Source: Paraspadella gotoi
Lineage: Eukaryota > Animalia > Chaetognatha
Assembly (NCBI GenBank): GCA_051294375.1
Contig: CM119267.1
Location: forward strand, 26,696,495-26,760,494
Length of the DNA: 64,000 bases
Direction: 5' to 3'
In this document: piece by piece, positions 11,687 through 23,892 of the stretch
Numbering within the stretch: position 1 is the stretch's first letter
How the letters are laid out: the number at the start of each line of letters is the position of its first letter
Notes under the pieces: model-generated
Told to the model about the DNA's origin: nothing
Seen by the model: only the letters and a program-made list of their open reading frames with translations
Databases searched by the model: none
Position numbers and translations under genes: made by a program

Positions 11687-14664
11687 GTATTATTATTGTT
11701 AACCTTATGGTTAGTGGTAGTGTTATACTTAATAACGTTTATGAATTAATATCTGATAAGCTTAACTGAGAGAGAGAGAAGTAATAGTGGTTAAATACAT
11801 TATTTATTGTATTGTAACTTAACATTAATAGTATTAAACAAGATGCACAATGATTGACATATTATAAGTGTTAAGCTAAGAAAAATAAATTTAAATAAGA
11901 ATTCGAACTGTACTTGTTGATGTCAATTTATCAATTGATAAATAATTTATAAATGCTCATTTGATCTGCAACTATCACTACACCTTATTATCGAGCTTCG
12001 TATTTAGTATATGCAGTTTTTAAGAGGTCATTCAACTTAACAATGCATAATCTTTGATGTATTAGAGCAAATACATCGAGAAATACATCGTGATCATCAA
12101 CAAAAAAGTTGTTATTCATATGTAAACATTCTGTTTTAAATATTTTTTTTAAATCGGTAAATAACAAAATTGTTAAATTAAATCGGTATGCTCATTTATT
12201 AATGTAGGGCTGCGCATCGTTCGACATCGACAAGTCCGAATCACAGATTCCTTTATATTTCACTTCTATTCAAAACTGCATAGTCAAGGCTAGATACCTC
12301 ACCCGAGAGCTAATATCATATATATTTTTTATATATTTTTATGCCGGTCCCTTGAGGATGATATCAATATTCACTTGCAAAAAACGTTTTTAAATTCCTA
12401 CAATGATTTCTGAGATATAGTCATAAACGTCAGCCTTGAAAGGCAAAATTTGTCAGAATAAAATTTTCGAGTTTCTTCTTAGATTTCTGACGCGCTAGTA
12501 CAAACTATTTAAAAAAAAGAGGAACGTTTCACTGATTTCTTCCAACATAATCCATAAATGAGTAAGACAATTGGGTACACCTGATAGTCATAAGTCTCTA
12601 GAGGGCAGAAAATTTTTCTTTAGGTTTTATTTTGAAATTTAGGTATTGTACCAATAGGATAAATTGAGATACTCCTGCTCTGCCGAAATTTTTATTTAAC
12701 AAAGATTTGTACTGCGTAGTTCAAATCTTTAGTTCTCTAACGGTAAAAAAAGTTTTTTCTTGAATAACTTTTGAAAGAAAAGAGATAGGAACGTGGGCGA
12801 GGTATTAAATTAAGCCCTAATCATGGGACACCTTTCTAAATAAGTTTTATTAAATTTTATCCATAAATCTTTACACAGCCTTTATTTAAATCGGAGTTAA
12901 AAGTATAACAGTTTTTTGGATTAAAAATTTCATTGAAGCTATATGAAATTTGTTGTTTTTCTTTCTTAATTTGAAACAGGAAAGCCTAAATTACATTTTG
13001 ATTACCATTAAATTTTCTCTACTGCATAAAATTGCTTGCATTTTTCAGTTAAAGTAAAAAAACAAGCAAAAATTTATGTAGTAGCTTGATAAAATGTTTT
13101 TTTAAATATAAAAAATGATAAATACAAAATGTTTTCAGCTTAATATAAACAGTCTGGACGTCTACCTTCTTGTATGTGGAGAAAAAATCGTCATTTTTCA
13201 TTATCTTCAACTGCAAACAAAAAGCTTGACACACTGCTTGTTTATCATAATAAAATTTTTAAAAATTACATAGCTGGGGACATATTTGACAAAGCAAGAC
13301 ATCATTGTGTTAAATTGTATTGATAATTTTTTTTTAAATAGAAAAAAAGATAATTTATTTTTAGCTTTCTTTTATTTCTTCTTAAATAAAAATTTCAGTG
13401 AAGAAAAAAAAAATTAAAATCTACTCATCTTGAATGTCATTGTTACTGATTAAAAGGTAAAATTTTTTAATTCGCCCTTTTGCCCCCAAGCCCCAAGACA
13501 TGGAAGTGCCCAAAACTTTTAAAAACATTTTTATTTGATGTGCATACAAGGCGGAACCCGCATTCTGAATTTTTGTATTTTCCCTTTCAAACATATTAAA
13601 TAAAAATAATTATTTTCGAGATGTTTGACGGTGACAATGCCACTGGTAAGGCTTCGTTACCTCACTTCCCGAATGAATTTTTAAACGAGGATTTTTTTCC
13701 GTCTATTCGAGACATAACACTAACTATTGATATTACTAGTTTTTTGATTCACACAATCTACTTCGCGTAATCAGAGAAACGTTTAGCGTGTCAAAAAAAT
13801 AGGGTAAAAAATGAGTAAAACGTTCTGACAAAATTAAAAATCGATGGAGGAATCTATCAAGGCCCATATAAATTATATCAATATGGGTAGATTTCGAAAG
13901 CTTGGCGTCTTGGGAAGCCAACGGAGGTAGAGCGCGATCGAAATACCCATTTTATCATGCCCAAAAATGGTATTTAAATGAACTGGTCAGACCGTTTTTT
14001 CCCTTTTCCCAAAAAAACCTGCTTGATCTTTTGTAAAATAGAACAAATCATACATATCAGTACGGTTTCGGATAGCTTATTGTCTTCTCTACTAGAATAA
14101 AAAAAAGAAAAGTTTAAATTCTTGCAATCTTGAATGCTTGATAAAGCAATCAAATGAACTGGTTTTTTAGGTGAAAACTGCATAGTCAAGCCTTCAATTT
14201 TTTTTTGTTCTAAGACCATCGAAAGAAACTGTATTGTTTTTACTATCTGTTTAGGTAGAGCGCGGGGGTAAATTTAGAGAGTTTATATTAAATTTAGAGC
14301 AAATAGAAAGGATATCAAGTTTTTGCACGCTAAAAGCTTTTTTAAGCGCGTTCCGGTCTGTATTGAAAATGGTTGACGTAGGTTAGCCAATGAGGACATC
14401 AATTAAAAATAAGCATTGATCATGCGCGATCCGGGCCAGATAAATACCATATTTCAACATGGCTTTACCATATTTTTACGTTTTAGAACGCAGTCTGTAT
14501 GAAATGTTTTGAATTTCACGCCTGTGATATTGGCGTTCTAGGCGTCGTTTGTCCCTTGTTAGTCTCTTTATCTTATCTCTTGAAGAGACATTAACTATTG
14601 TTATGTGATAGTGACAAAACCGTTCAATAAAATCTTAAAAGCAATAGGGATCGAGCCTACTTTT

Positions 14665-14885
14665 AATGATAACCAAATATTGATGCGATGATAACCAAAT
14701 ATTGATGCGAAGATAACCGAAGGATTGATGCGATGATAACCAAATGATGGATGCGATGATAGTCATTCATTGATGCGATGATAATCATTCATTGATACGA
14801 TGATAATCATTCATTGATGCGATGATAGTCCTTCATTGATCGGATGATAATCATTCATTGATGCGATGATAGTCATTCATTGACG
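14665..14885. repeat. 22-bp minisatellite (tcattcattgatgcgatgatag)n
   Basis: About 10 units next to a reversed HINE-type 3' end (aaaatcttaaaagcaatagggatcgagcctac); the inverse array lies at 56383-56790. Confidence 0.9.
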
Positions 14886-14895
14886 TGACGTGACT

Positions 14896-15857
14896 TTGAA
14901 AAAAGTATGCATATTTAAAAAAAGTATGCATACTTTGAAAAAAGTATGCATACTTTTTTCCAAGTATGCATTACTTTTTTCAAAGTATGCATACTTTTTT
15001 GAAGTATGCATACTTTTTTTAAAATATGCATACTTTTTTTAAAGTATGCATACTTTTTTCAAAGTATGCATACTTTTTTGAAGTATGCATACTTTTTTTG
15101 AAGTATGCATACTTTTTTTGAAGTATGCATACTTTTTTTAAAATATGTATACTTTTTTCAAGTATGCATACTTTTTTGAAGTATGCATACTTTTTTGAAG
15201 TATGCATACTTTTTTTAAAATATGCATACTTTTTTTAAAGTATGCATACTTTTTTCAAAGTATGCATATTTTTTTAGTATGATACTTTTTTGAAGTATGC
15301 ATACTTTTTTCAAAGTATGCATACTTTTTTCAAAGTATGCATACTTTTTTGAAGTATGCAACTTTTTTAGAAGTATGCATACTTTTTTAAATTATGCATA
15401 CTTTTTTAAAAATGCATACTTTTTTCAAAGTATGCATACTTTTTTCAATTATGCATACTTTTTTTCCAATTATGCATACTTTTTTAAAGTATGCATACTT
15501 TTTTAATATGCATACTTTTTATAGTCTCAATATGCATACTTTTTTGAAGTATGCATACTTTTTTAAAATATGCATACTTTTTTAAAATATGCATACTTTT
15601 TTAAAATATGCATACTTTTTCAAGTATGCATACTTTTTGAAGTATGCATACTTTTTCAAAGTATGCATACTTTTTTCAAAGTATGCATACTTTTTTCAAC
15701 TTCATACTTTTTTAACTTGCATATCTTTTTCAACTTGCATATCTTTTTCAACTTGCATATCTTTTTCAACTTGCATATCTTTTTCAACTTGCATATCTTT
15801 TTCAACTTGCATATCTTTTTCAACTTGCATACTTTTTCAACTTGCATACTTTTTAAC
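14896..15857. repeat. About 20-bp satellite with palindromic core AAAGTATGCATACTTT, grading into (caacttgcatatcttttt)n
   Basis: About 45-50 tandem units ending at a HINE-A 3' terminus (15882-15911); source of the MHTF/KVCIL ORFs. Confidence 0.9.
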
Positions 15858-16862
15858 TAATTACCGCTAAATTTTCTTAGTCAAATCCGACATTGTTTGC
15901 TCAAACTTGTTCATAATAAAATAAGCCGGATTCAGATATGACAAATTTTAGATATTAAACTATCGTCATCATCATTAGTTTAATTAATTTTATTCATTGC
16001 ATCAATTTACTTACCATTATCAATCATTATCTTTTAATTATAGTTTTATTGCTATTCTATTAAAATCTGTTATCATAAAATTAAAATGATTCAAAAATGA
16101 AAAATTAATCGTGAAGTGACGATAGTGAATTCTTAATCTTGAATTAACGATATTAAATTGAGTTAGTTTAAATGTAGTTTTGCTGGTGAGATCAGTCAAT
16201 ATACTTTCAATTTATTACTTCTTTGGCTCTCTTGTCTTTTCCTCTTTTTATTCTGTTATAATTATGTTATTTTTGTGATTAATTTTGTAAGGATTCCTTT
16301 TTTTTCCTGGCTTCGCTTATTCTATTTTCTCTTATGAGGCCCGGTTCGCGCATAATCGCTATTATCGGTTTAAAGCTTAGTACTACAGTAGTTCAAATCC
16401 TTATTGGATCAAAACGAGTTCGATTTTAAGCGAAAGTTGATCGATTTGAAGCGCGATTTTCGCGACTGTTTTATTGCCATAACTTTTGAACGGATTATCT
16501 GATTTTTATGAAATTTTGCATATAGATAGTATTTTAAATTCCCTATCGATCGGTACCAAATTTATTTAAAATACTCAATAGTTTAGAAACGATGCACATC
16601 CCCAATTAATGATTTGTTTTTCAATCTGGTTGTTAAAAAATTCTAGGTAAGAAGTTAAAACACGGTAGCAAATTAGAAGGGGAGAGTTAAACGATTAAGC
16701 TTATTACTTGTTTGTTTTCCAGTCTTGAACAAAATCTTTAGTTAAATAGATGGTAAAAAAATTAGATATACCCTGAACGATTGTAATAATATTGATTTAA
16801 AAATTTAATAGCAATCTTAAAAACATTTGTGAATGTAATAGAGAGACATTTCGATAAACGTA

Positions 16863-17326
16863 TGTGGGTTTGAACTCGGGTCATTCAAAACAAATGAACA
16901 ATCTAACTCACAAGCAATCAGCTGATTTTAACTTATGGTTTTATCCACCCTTTAGAAAACCATTTCACAAAGTTTACTAAAAATTAACAGACTCTCTTCA
17001 AGTTCAAATCTCTATCTCATTATTAATTTACTAATTATTTCATTGTTATTGAGATTACTTATTGATGTTATTAATTAATTAATTGATTTACTGTTTCATC
17101 ATATAGATATTACAATTGCTTGTTGACAAGAGCAGCTGAATATCTATATGCTTTGATTATTTTATTTAGGTGCATTTTAATACCAAACCAAGCAAGATTG
17201 GTTTTTGGATCAACTTTTATACAAAGCAAAAATAAACTTTTCATATCGCCACGAACGTCAGCGTCTACATCACTTCCGGTCCGACGCCAATCGCTCCGTT
17301 TCCAAGGCGACGATGACGTATCCACA
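16863..17326 (+). repeat. 5' LTR (464 bp)
   Basis: tgtgggtttgaactcggg...gtatccaca, highly similar to 22787-23238. Confidence 0.95.
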
Positions 17327-17327
17327 T

Positions 17328-17341
17328 TGGTGAACCTCGAC
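17328..17341 (+). promoter_or_regulatory. Primer binding site (tRNA-Trp-like)
   Basis: TGGTGAACCTCGAC, 1 nt after the LTR; resembles the complement of the tRNA-Trp 3' end (TGGTGACCCCGAC), the primer of the CsRn1 clade. Confidence 0.75.
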
Positions 17342-17395
17342 AAAGAAAATTTTCCAACCTTCATACTCCCAATACAGACTGTAATTCAATCACTG

Positions 17396-18456
17396 ATGAG
17401 CGAGCAGCGCAAGACCCGCCTTCAAAGCAGCCTCAACGCCGCCGGAATATTCAACCGGAATCGCTCGCCATCTCCTAACGTCGCCACCAACGCTCTTGGC
17501 AACCCAAGATTCACTTTTGCTCCACCGCCGCCAAGCACCGCAACGTTTTACAACGCCGACGGTGTGATGGCGGCCGCCTCCAGCGCCAATAAAACGGAAG
17601 CACTCTGCTCTGCCCTCACCTTGACTCTTAAGGCTCTAGAGAAAAAGAAAAAACCTGAGTTGCCAAACTTTGACCCTAAAAACATCGACATTTGGATTCG
17701 TAGGGTCGAAGCAGCATACGTGCGCGCCAACATCAAAGACGCCGCAGAAAAGTTCGCCCATCTAGAGTCTAAAATCAGTGTCGACGCCAATCCGCGTGTC
17801 AACTCTTTCCTCTACGGCGAGCCAACGTAGGAGAGGTGGTCGATTTCATCTCTTACCTTCGTAAGGAATACGGGACGACGCAGCGCCAGCAGGCAGCGTT
17901 ACTCCTTGATGGCGTCGCCCTCGACGGCCTGCGCCCGTCACAACATCTGGCTCAACTGGAAGAAAAGATTAAAGCAGTAACTATTGACGATCTGAAAAAA
18001 GAGACAATTATAAGAGGATTGCCGATTGAAATAAGGCGCCTGATTGAGGACAAAGTTGACGATTGGACATCGACACAGCTCGCGGAGGCCGCCGACAAAT
18101 TTTTTGACGCCGAAGGACGCCCAACTCTTGCGGCGCCCTCCGCGGCCATCAACGCCGCCATCCTCGACAATGGCACCGACGAATCAGAAGGTAATTTAGA
18201 TGGCGAACCCGAAATCAACGACATCCAAGGCCAACGCCACGACAAAGGCCATCCCCACCGTGACAAGTGGCGCTCAAGCACCGCAAGTAGCTCGTCAACC
18301 ACCTCCCGTCCTCCAAACGCTCGTTTGAAGCAGATTTGCCGCAGGCATCTCAAGCTTGGCAATGCTGCTTTCCGCTGCAAGCGCGGCTGCGCCGGCAAAG
18401 GAGAGAGGAGGGACCGGTAGGCGACGCAGGCGGGAAACGGCGCCGCGGGCCAGTGA
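17396..18456 (+). pseudogene. gag (disrupted)
   Basis: ATG at 17396; KPELPNFDPKNIDIWIRRVEA capsid-like segment; stop and frameshift at about 17830; CRRHLKLGNAAFRCKRGC = C-X2-H-X9-C-X3-C; premature TAG at 18418, probable native TGA at 18454-18456. Confidence 0.85.
18432..18438 (+). promoter_or_regulatory. Putative -1 ribosomal frameshift heptamer G_GGA_AAC at the gag/pol junction
   Basis: X_XXY_YYZ motif in the correct gag phase (gcg gga aac), followed by GC-rich ggcgccgcgggcc and the gag stop. Confidence 0.6.
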
Positions 18457-18480
18457 AGGTGAATTTCTGTACCCCGCGCC

Positions 18481-21436
18481 GACAATGATTCACCTGACAA
18501 TTACCTGCTCTACGTTAAGGACGCCAGCGATGGCCGCCAATGGTTGGTGGATGGCGGCGCCCTTCTCTCCCTCGTCCCGCCCACTGCAGCTCAAAGGGAA
18601 GCAGGACCAGTCGGCCCAAAACTCCAAGCAGCCAATGGCAGCCCAATCCCTTGCTACGGCGTCGTTCATCGACGAATCGTCCTTGGCACGAGTTTTTCCC
18701 TTTAATGTACTCATCGCCGATGTGACCCAGAACATTTTGGGCGCCGATTTCTTGGCGGAGTTTTATCTTGCCCCCAACCACCGCGATGGCACCCTTCTGG
18801 ACCTTAATGACCTCTCAGAGATTCCCTGCTCCATCTCACAAATAAGTCCACCAACTCAAGTCAATTTGGTAGAACAGAAGGACAGTGTTTTTTATCAACT
18901 CCTTGATCGCTACCCTACTTTGTCTACACCTACCTTCGAGCTCAAAGAGCCTAGACATGGGGTACGCCATCACATACCAACCTATGGAAGACCTTGCCAA
19001 GCTCGTGCGCGGCGACTACCTCCCGAGAAGCTTGCCGTAGCCAAGGCCGAGCTTGAGAAACTCGTCGCCCTCGGCATTGCCAAAAGGGCCAAGAGTTCTT
19101 GGTCCTCCCCCCTTCTGTGCGTCCCAAAGGCGGATGGAGGGTGGCACTGCTGCGTCGATTTTCGTCGATTGAACTCAAAAACAAAGAATGATAAATACCC
19201 AGTCAAACTTCTTGCGGATTTCAACGCCGAACTGGAAGGAAAAAATATTTTTTCAAAGATCGATCTCGGTTGCGGACGAAGATGTGCCTAAAACGGCAGT
19301 GATCACACCGTTTGGACTTTGTGTTCCTACGAACTCCATTCAGCCTCAAAAACGCTGGGCAGGATTTCCAGCGAATGATGGACGAAATTCTCGGCGACAT
19401 CCCTCATGTGTATTTGGACGACATCCTCGTTGCCAACGAGAATGAGGAGGAGCACTTGAAGGATCTGGAGGCAGTCTTCAACTCCCTTGCAGAAAACGGA
19501 TTAGTGATCAACTGCAAGAAGTGCATCTTGGGTCAACAGTCTCTGGAATTCCTCGGATATCTAGTGGATGCAACAGGCGTCAAGCCACTCCCACAGAAGG
19601 TGGAGGCCATCCGCGCCACTAACCCGCCAACGACGGTCAAGGAAATCCAGAGATTTCTCGGCATGGGAAATTATTACCGGAGGTTTATCCCAAAAGCCGC
19701 CCACCATGCTGCAGCACTTTACGACATCCTTGCCGGAAAACCCAAGAAGCTCAATTGGTCCGACAAATGCACCACTTCCTTCAATGCTGTTAAGGAGGCA
19801 CTGGCCAATGCCGCACTTCTCTGCCATCACTTCAGATGCATCTGACATTGCTCTCGAGGCCGTCCTGGAGCAAAGGACCCAACAGGGATGGGAACCTTCT
19901 TCTCGGCCAAGTTAGACGAGTCGCAAAGGCGATGGCCTCCCTTTGATCGGGAGCTTTATGGAGCTTTCTGAGCTGTGAGACACTTTCAACACTGGCTAGG
20001 AGGTAGAGCTTTCACCTTATACACGGATCACCAGTCTCTAATCCATGCCCTTCACAAATGCGCTGAACCGCAAACAACTTGTCACAATTTTCAATTGTCA
20101 GTGATTTCAGAATTCACAACAGACATTAGACACATCCGTGGCAAGGCCAACGTGGTCGCCGATGCCCTTTCCCGACCAAATCTGCCCCCAATTGCAGCAG
20201 TTGATCAACCTGTACCCCTCGAGAAGGCCCAAGATCTGGACTCTGGAGAGCACTGTTAATGCCATCGGCCATGAAGGCATTGACCTGGAAGAGATAGCTC
20301 GCCATCAAGCCCTCGACAGAGACTTCCAAAGGCTCTCGCAGGATACTCGGACCGGTCTACGATTCAGAAAAGTCTCTCTCGGCAACCATCAGCTGCTCGT
20401 CGATATTTTGAACGGCCCAGCAAGACCTTTTGTCCCAGAATCTTGGCGGAAAAAGATCTTCGACGCCATCCACAGCCTAGGGCATCCTGGCGTCGCGAGA
20501 ACCCGAGAGACAGTCGCCTCCAAATTTGTCTGGCCCTCTCTTAGAGCANNNNNNNNNNGATGGGCAAGGGAGTGTATCCCTTGCCAGCAGGCCAAAGTCA
20601 CTCGACATGTCACTCCAAACATTGGCGACTTCCAAGTCCCAGCCAAACGTTTCCAGCACTTGAATGTCGACATAACAATCATGCCCGCATCTAATGGTTT
20701 CAGTTACTTGTTAACTATTGTTGACAGGTTCTCAAGATGGCCAGCAGCAATCCCAATGAAAGATATGACGTCCACATCGGTAGTCGATGCCCACGGCTGG
20801 GTAGACAACTTTGGAATCCCATCCGATATCACTACTGACCGCGGCGCACAGTTTGCCTCTGCCATATGGAACCAGCTCACACAGACATTGGGAGTTAGAC
20901 AACACCAAACTGCGGCTTATCATCCGCAGTCTAATGGACTTGTAGAGCGATTCCACCGTCGCCTAAAGGAGGCATTAATCGCCCTTGGCAATCAAGAGCC
21001 TCACCAGTGGTTCTGGAAGCTGCCTTAACCACTTCTCGCCATTCGCACCACCATTAAGCCAGATATTGGCGCATCGCCTGCCGACCTGGTCTTTGGCGAA
21101 GGCCCGGCAGTCCCAGGGGACCTTCTACCGCCTCCACTAGATGACAACAGCCTTCATGAGCAATGCCGCCAACTCCGCAATAATCTCCGAGTGGAAGTCG
21201 AGCGGCTTCAGCCAACCGACACTTCCGCGCATCGAACACCACGAGTTTTTCTCCCAGAAACTCTCAACGCGACTCACGTATTTGTGCAACGCGCAGGGGT
21301 CAACCCTCCACTTACGGCACCGTACCACGGCCCGTACAGCGTCATTTTGCGTGACAACTTCAATTTTAAAGTAGAAATTCCAGGCCGCGGCACCGAGACA
21401 ATTGCAATCTCGCGAATCAAACCCGCAACATTGTAG
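18481..21436 (+). pseudogene. pol (protease, RT, RNase H, integrase), multiply frameshifted
   Basis: WLVDGGALLSLVP and ILGADFL (protease); CVDFRRLN, KTAVITPFGL and VYLDDILV (RT); SDASD, FDRELY and YTDHQSL (RNase H); H-X3-H...C-X2-C, TTDRGAQF, SNGLVERFHR and PYHGPY (integrase). Confidence 0.95.
20549..20558. other. Assembly gap (10 N)
   Basis: N run within the integrase region. Confidence 0.99.
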
Positions 21437-21985
21437 AGACGAAAATGATGAAGAAACGCCATCTCAAACTCCTACTCCTCCATCTCCACTTCCTCCAGGA
21501 CGACACCAACGTTCAAGAACGCGTCAACCGGCGCCAATGTCTCGTCCGACATGGTCAACAGCTCGACTCCAACATCTAGAGCCAGCTCAAGCCCAAGACG
21601 ACAACGAGAGCGATAGCAGGATGCCTCAGCAACTCTCAAACGCCTCGTCAACACCTTTGGAAATGGCACCACCGGATGAGGCGACAACCACTCCCGGTCC
21701 CGAGGCACCCAACGCCTCAACACCAACAATTCCTCCGTCATCTTCGGAACTCCAGGTTGCACCACAGCGTCAACACCCAGCACAGTTGCGCCAAAATCCG
21801 CGGCCAACACCAAAAGGCCTCGCCTACCGTTTGCAGGCTAATAATTCTCAACGCCCTGACTACGATGCAGTCCTAAGACACCTCTTACAAGAAAAACTAT
21901 TTAAGCCCACTCGTGAAGTTTAGTAATAAGTAGATAAATTTATATTTTACCTATCTTTACTGTTCATCTTTCCTAAGCCTAACTT

Positions 21986-22753
21986 TTTTAGTCGGATCTG
22001 CTTTCAGCAGATCCCGACTCTATAATTCACTTTGTCGGTCTGTCGGTCCGCCCCCTCAATATTGTCGGGCAGTCACTTGTCAGAACATCGAATTATGATA
22101 AATTATGCAAAAAAAACGATGTCCGTCCGTCTGTCTGTCCGTCCGTCCGTCCCACCTTAGCAAAAAACTCCAATTACTCGTGATTGGATGGATGGATTGG
22201 AATGAAATTTTTGTGTGTGGGTAGGGAAGTGTGTGATTGAGCTGGATATGAAGTTTCGATGGAATCGTGCGAGTGGAAATGAGTTTAAATGGAAAAAACA
22301 AAAAAATATATTTCACTATTTGAACACCAATTACTCATGGGTGGATGGAGCGATTGACTTGAAATTTTGTATTTGGGTGGAAAAGTGTGTGATTAAACTG
22401 GAAATCAAGTTTCGATGGAATCGTTTGAGTGGAAAAGAGTTTAAATGGAAAAAACAAAGAACCTGTTTCACTAATTGATTATGCTTCTTTTTCTTTTTAA
22501 TTTAAAGGTAAATGCAAGATGTAATAATTAATCAAATAATTGATTAGTTAATTAATCAATTAGTCAATTAATTAATCAATAATTAATCAGTTAATTAATC
22601 AATCAAAACAAACATTTTGGATCAAATTAATTGCATAATTGCATAATTAATTAAATAATTAACTTGAATAAATTAATTATTAATTTATTAATTAATTAAT
22701 TAATTACCGATAATGATCGTGGGCAGATCCGACATTGTTTGCTCAAACTTGTT
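21986..22753 (+). mobile_element. HINE family A inserted in the gypsy 3' UTR
   Basis: 5' subTIR plus IR gtcggatctgc..gcagatcccgac, (gtcc)n, 2 central repeats, 3' gcagatccgac plus stem-loop gtttg-ct-caaac; inserted in a T-run. Confidence 0.9.
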
Positions 22754-22778
22754 TCCGTTAATTTTTGTATTTCCGTCT

Positions 22779-22786
22779 AGGGGGAA
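22779..22786 (+). promoter_or_regulatory. Polypurine tract
   Basis: agggggaa immediately before the 3' LTR. Confidence 0.85.
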
Positions 22787-23238
22787 TGTGGGTTTGAACT
22801 CGGGTCATTCAAAACAAATGAACAATCTAACTCACAAGCAATCAGCTGATTTTAACTTATGGTTTCATCCACCCTTTGTGAAAACCATTTCACAAAGTTT
22901 ACTAAAAATTAACAGACTCTCTTCAAATCTCATCTCGTTATTAATTTACTAAGTATTCATTGTTATTGAGATTACTTATTGATGTTATTAATTAATTAAT
23001 TGATTTACTGTTTCACCATATAGATATTACAATTGCTTGTTGACAAGAGCAGCTGAATATCTATATGCTTTATTTTATTAAGGTACATTTTAATACCAAA
23101 CCAAGCAAGATTGGTTTTTGGATTAACTTTTATACAAAGCAAAAATAAACTTTCATATCGCCACGAACGTCAGCGTCTACATCACTTCCGGTCCCACGCC
23201 AATCCCTCCATTTCCAAGGCGACGACGACGTTTCCACA
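22787..23238 (+). repeat. 3' LTR (452 bp)
   Basis: Direct repeat of 16863-17326 with a few substitutions and indels. Confidence 0.95.
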
Positions 23239-23694
23239 CGTGTTCCAGTTAAAAAGAATTCAGGGTTAAAGTTTAAAAACGTTTCATTTTCAAGGATACA
23301 AGTTGAAATTTAAAAATGTCTCTCTATTACATTTTTCTAATTCACTAATCAAAAATTCATAATAAATATCAGATGGATTGGCCTTTTCGTTTGACCTGCA
23401 ACTCTTCAGATAGGTTTCTTTTATTTTATATTATAATTATAACCGAATGCATCAAATGTTTAAAGTGAATACATTTTTGGAATCGCCAGGAGCTCAGCTT
23501 TTTTCAAGTTGATTTGAATGACCCTTTTTCTTAATGTATTCATATTGATTCCTGTTAAATAAATATGATTAAAGTTAAATTCTTTAAGAATCTAGCTGGA
23601 TAGTGTATTTAGCTTTTTACAATAGTGTGCGACCATCCACTTTTATCTCCTTGATCTTCCTTGGTTTCATTCTCTGCCCTATTCTGATTCCAAG

Positions 23695-23839
23695 GTCACG
23701 TCGCGTGTTGGATCGCGTCTTGTCTGATGACTGCGACATTTCCTCTTCTTCCAGTGGTTGGCCGTTCTTCTGCCAACTTCGATCTCGTCCTCGTCGCGGG
23801 CGTCATTGCTCTTCTTATTCTCGCTTACTGCGTTGGCCT
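23695..23839 (+). CDS. PIGN: PIGN exon
   Basis: aag acceptor, gtaagc donor; GHVACWIASCLMTATFPLLPVVGRSSANFDLVLVAG matches the PIGN motif W...FPLMPVVGR. Confidence 0.9.
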
Positions 23840-23892
23840 GTAAGCCGCTTTTCAGTCCTTTTTATTTTTATCTTTTTTTATTGCTGTGGTTT

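Larger units (their letters stand above)
16863..23238 (+). mobile_element. Ty3/gypsy LTR retrotransposon, CsRn1 clade, full length but decayed
   Basis: Two TGTGG...CCACA LTRs, flanks cgta/cgtg (4-bp TSD, 1 mismatch), PBS, PPT, gag with CHCC finger, and pol in PR-RT-RH-IN order with stops and frameshifts. Confidence 0.95.

Noticed and set aside
14896-15870. Repetitive ORFs (MHTF/KVCILF/FFNLHI) and a CRISPR-like palindromic repeat array
   Set aside because: The units are head-to-tail without unique spacers, there are no cas genes and the context is a eukaryotic intron; the ORFs are translations of a satellite.
16866-16878. B-box-like GAGTTCAAACCC on the minus strand at the gypsy LTR terminus
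   Set aside because: No convincing A-box at a suitable distance; it could be chance.
17120-17395. N-terminal extension of the gag ORF in the track
   Set aside because: It runs through the LTR and PBS from a non-ATG start; the likely start is the ATG at 17396.
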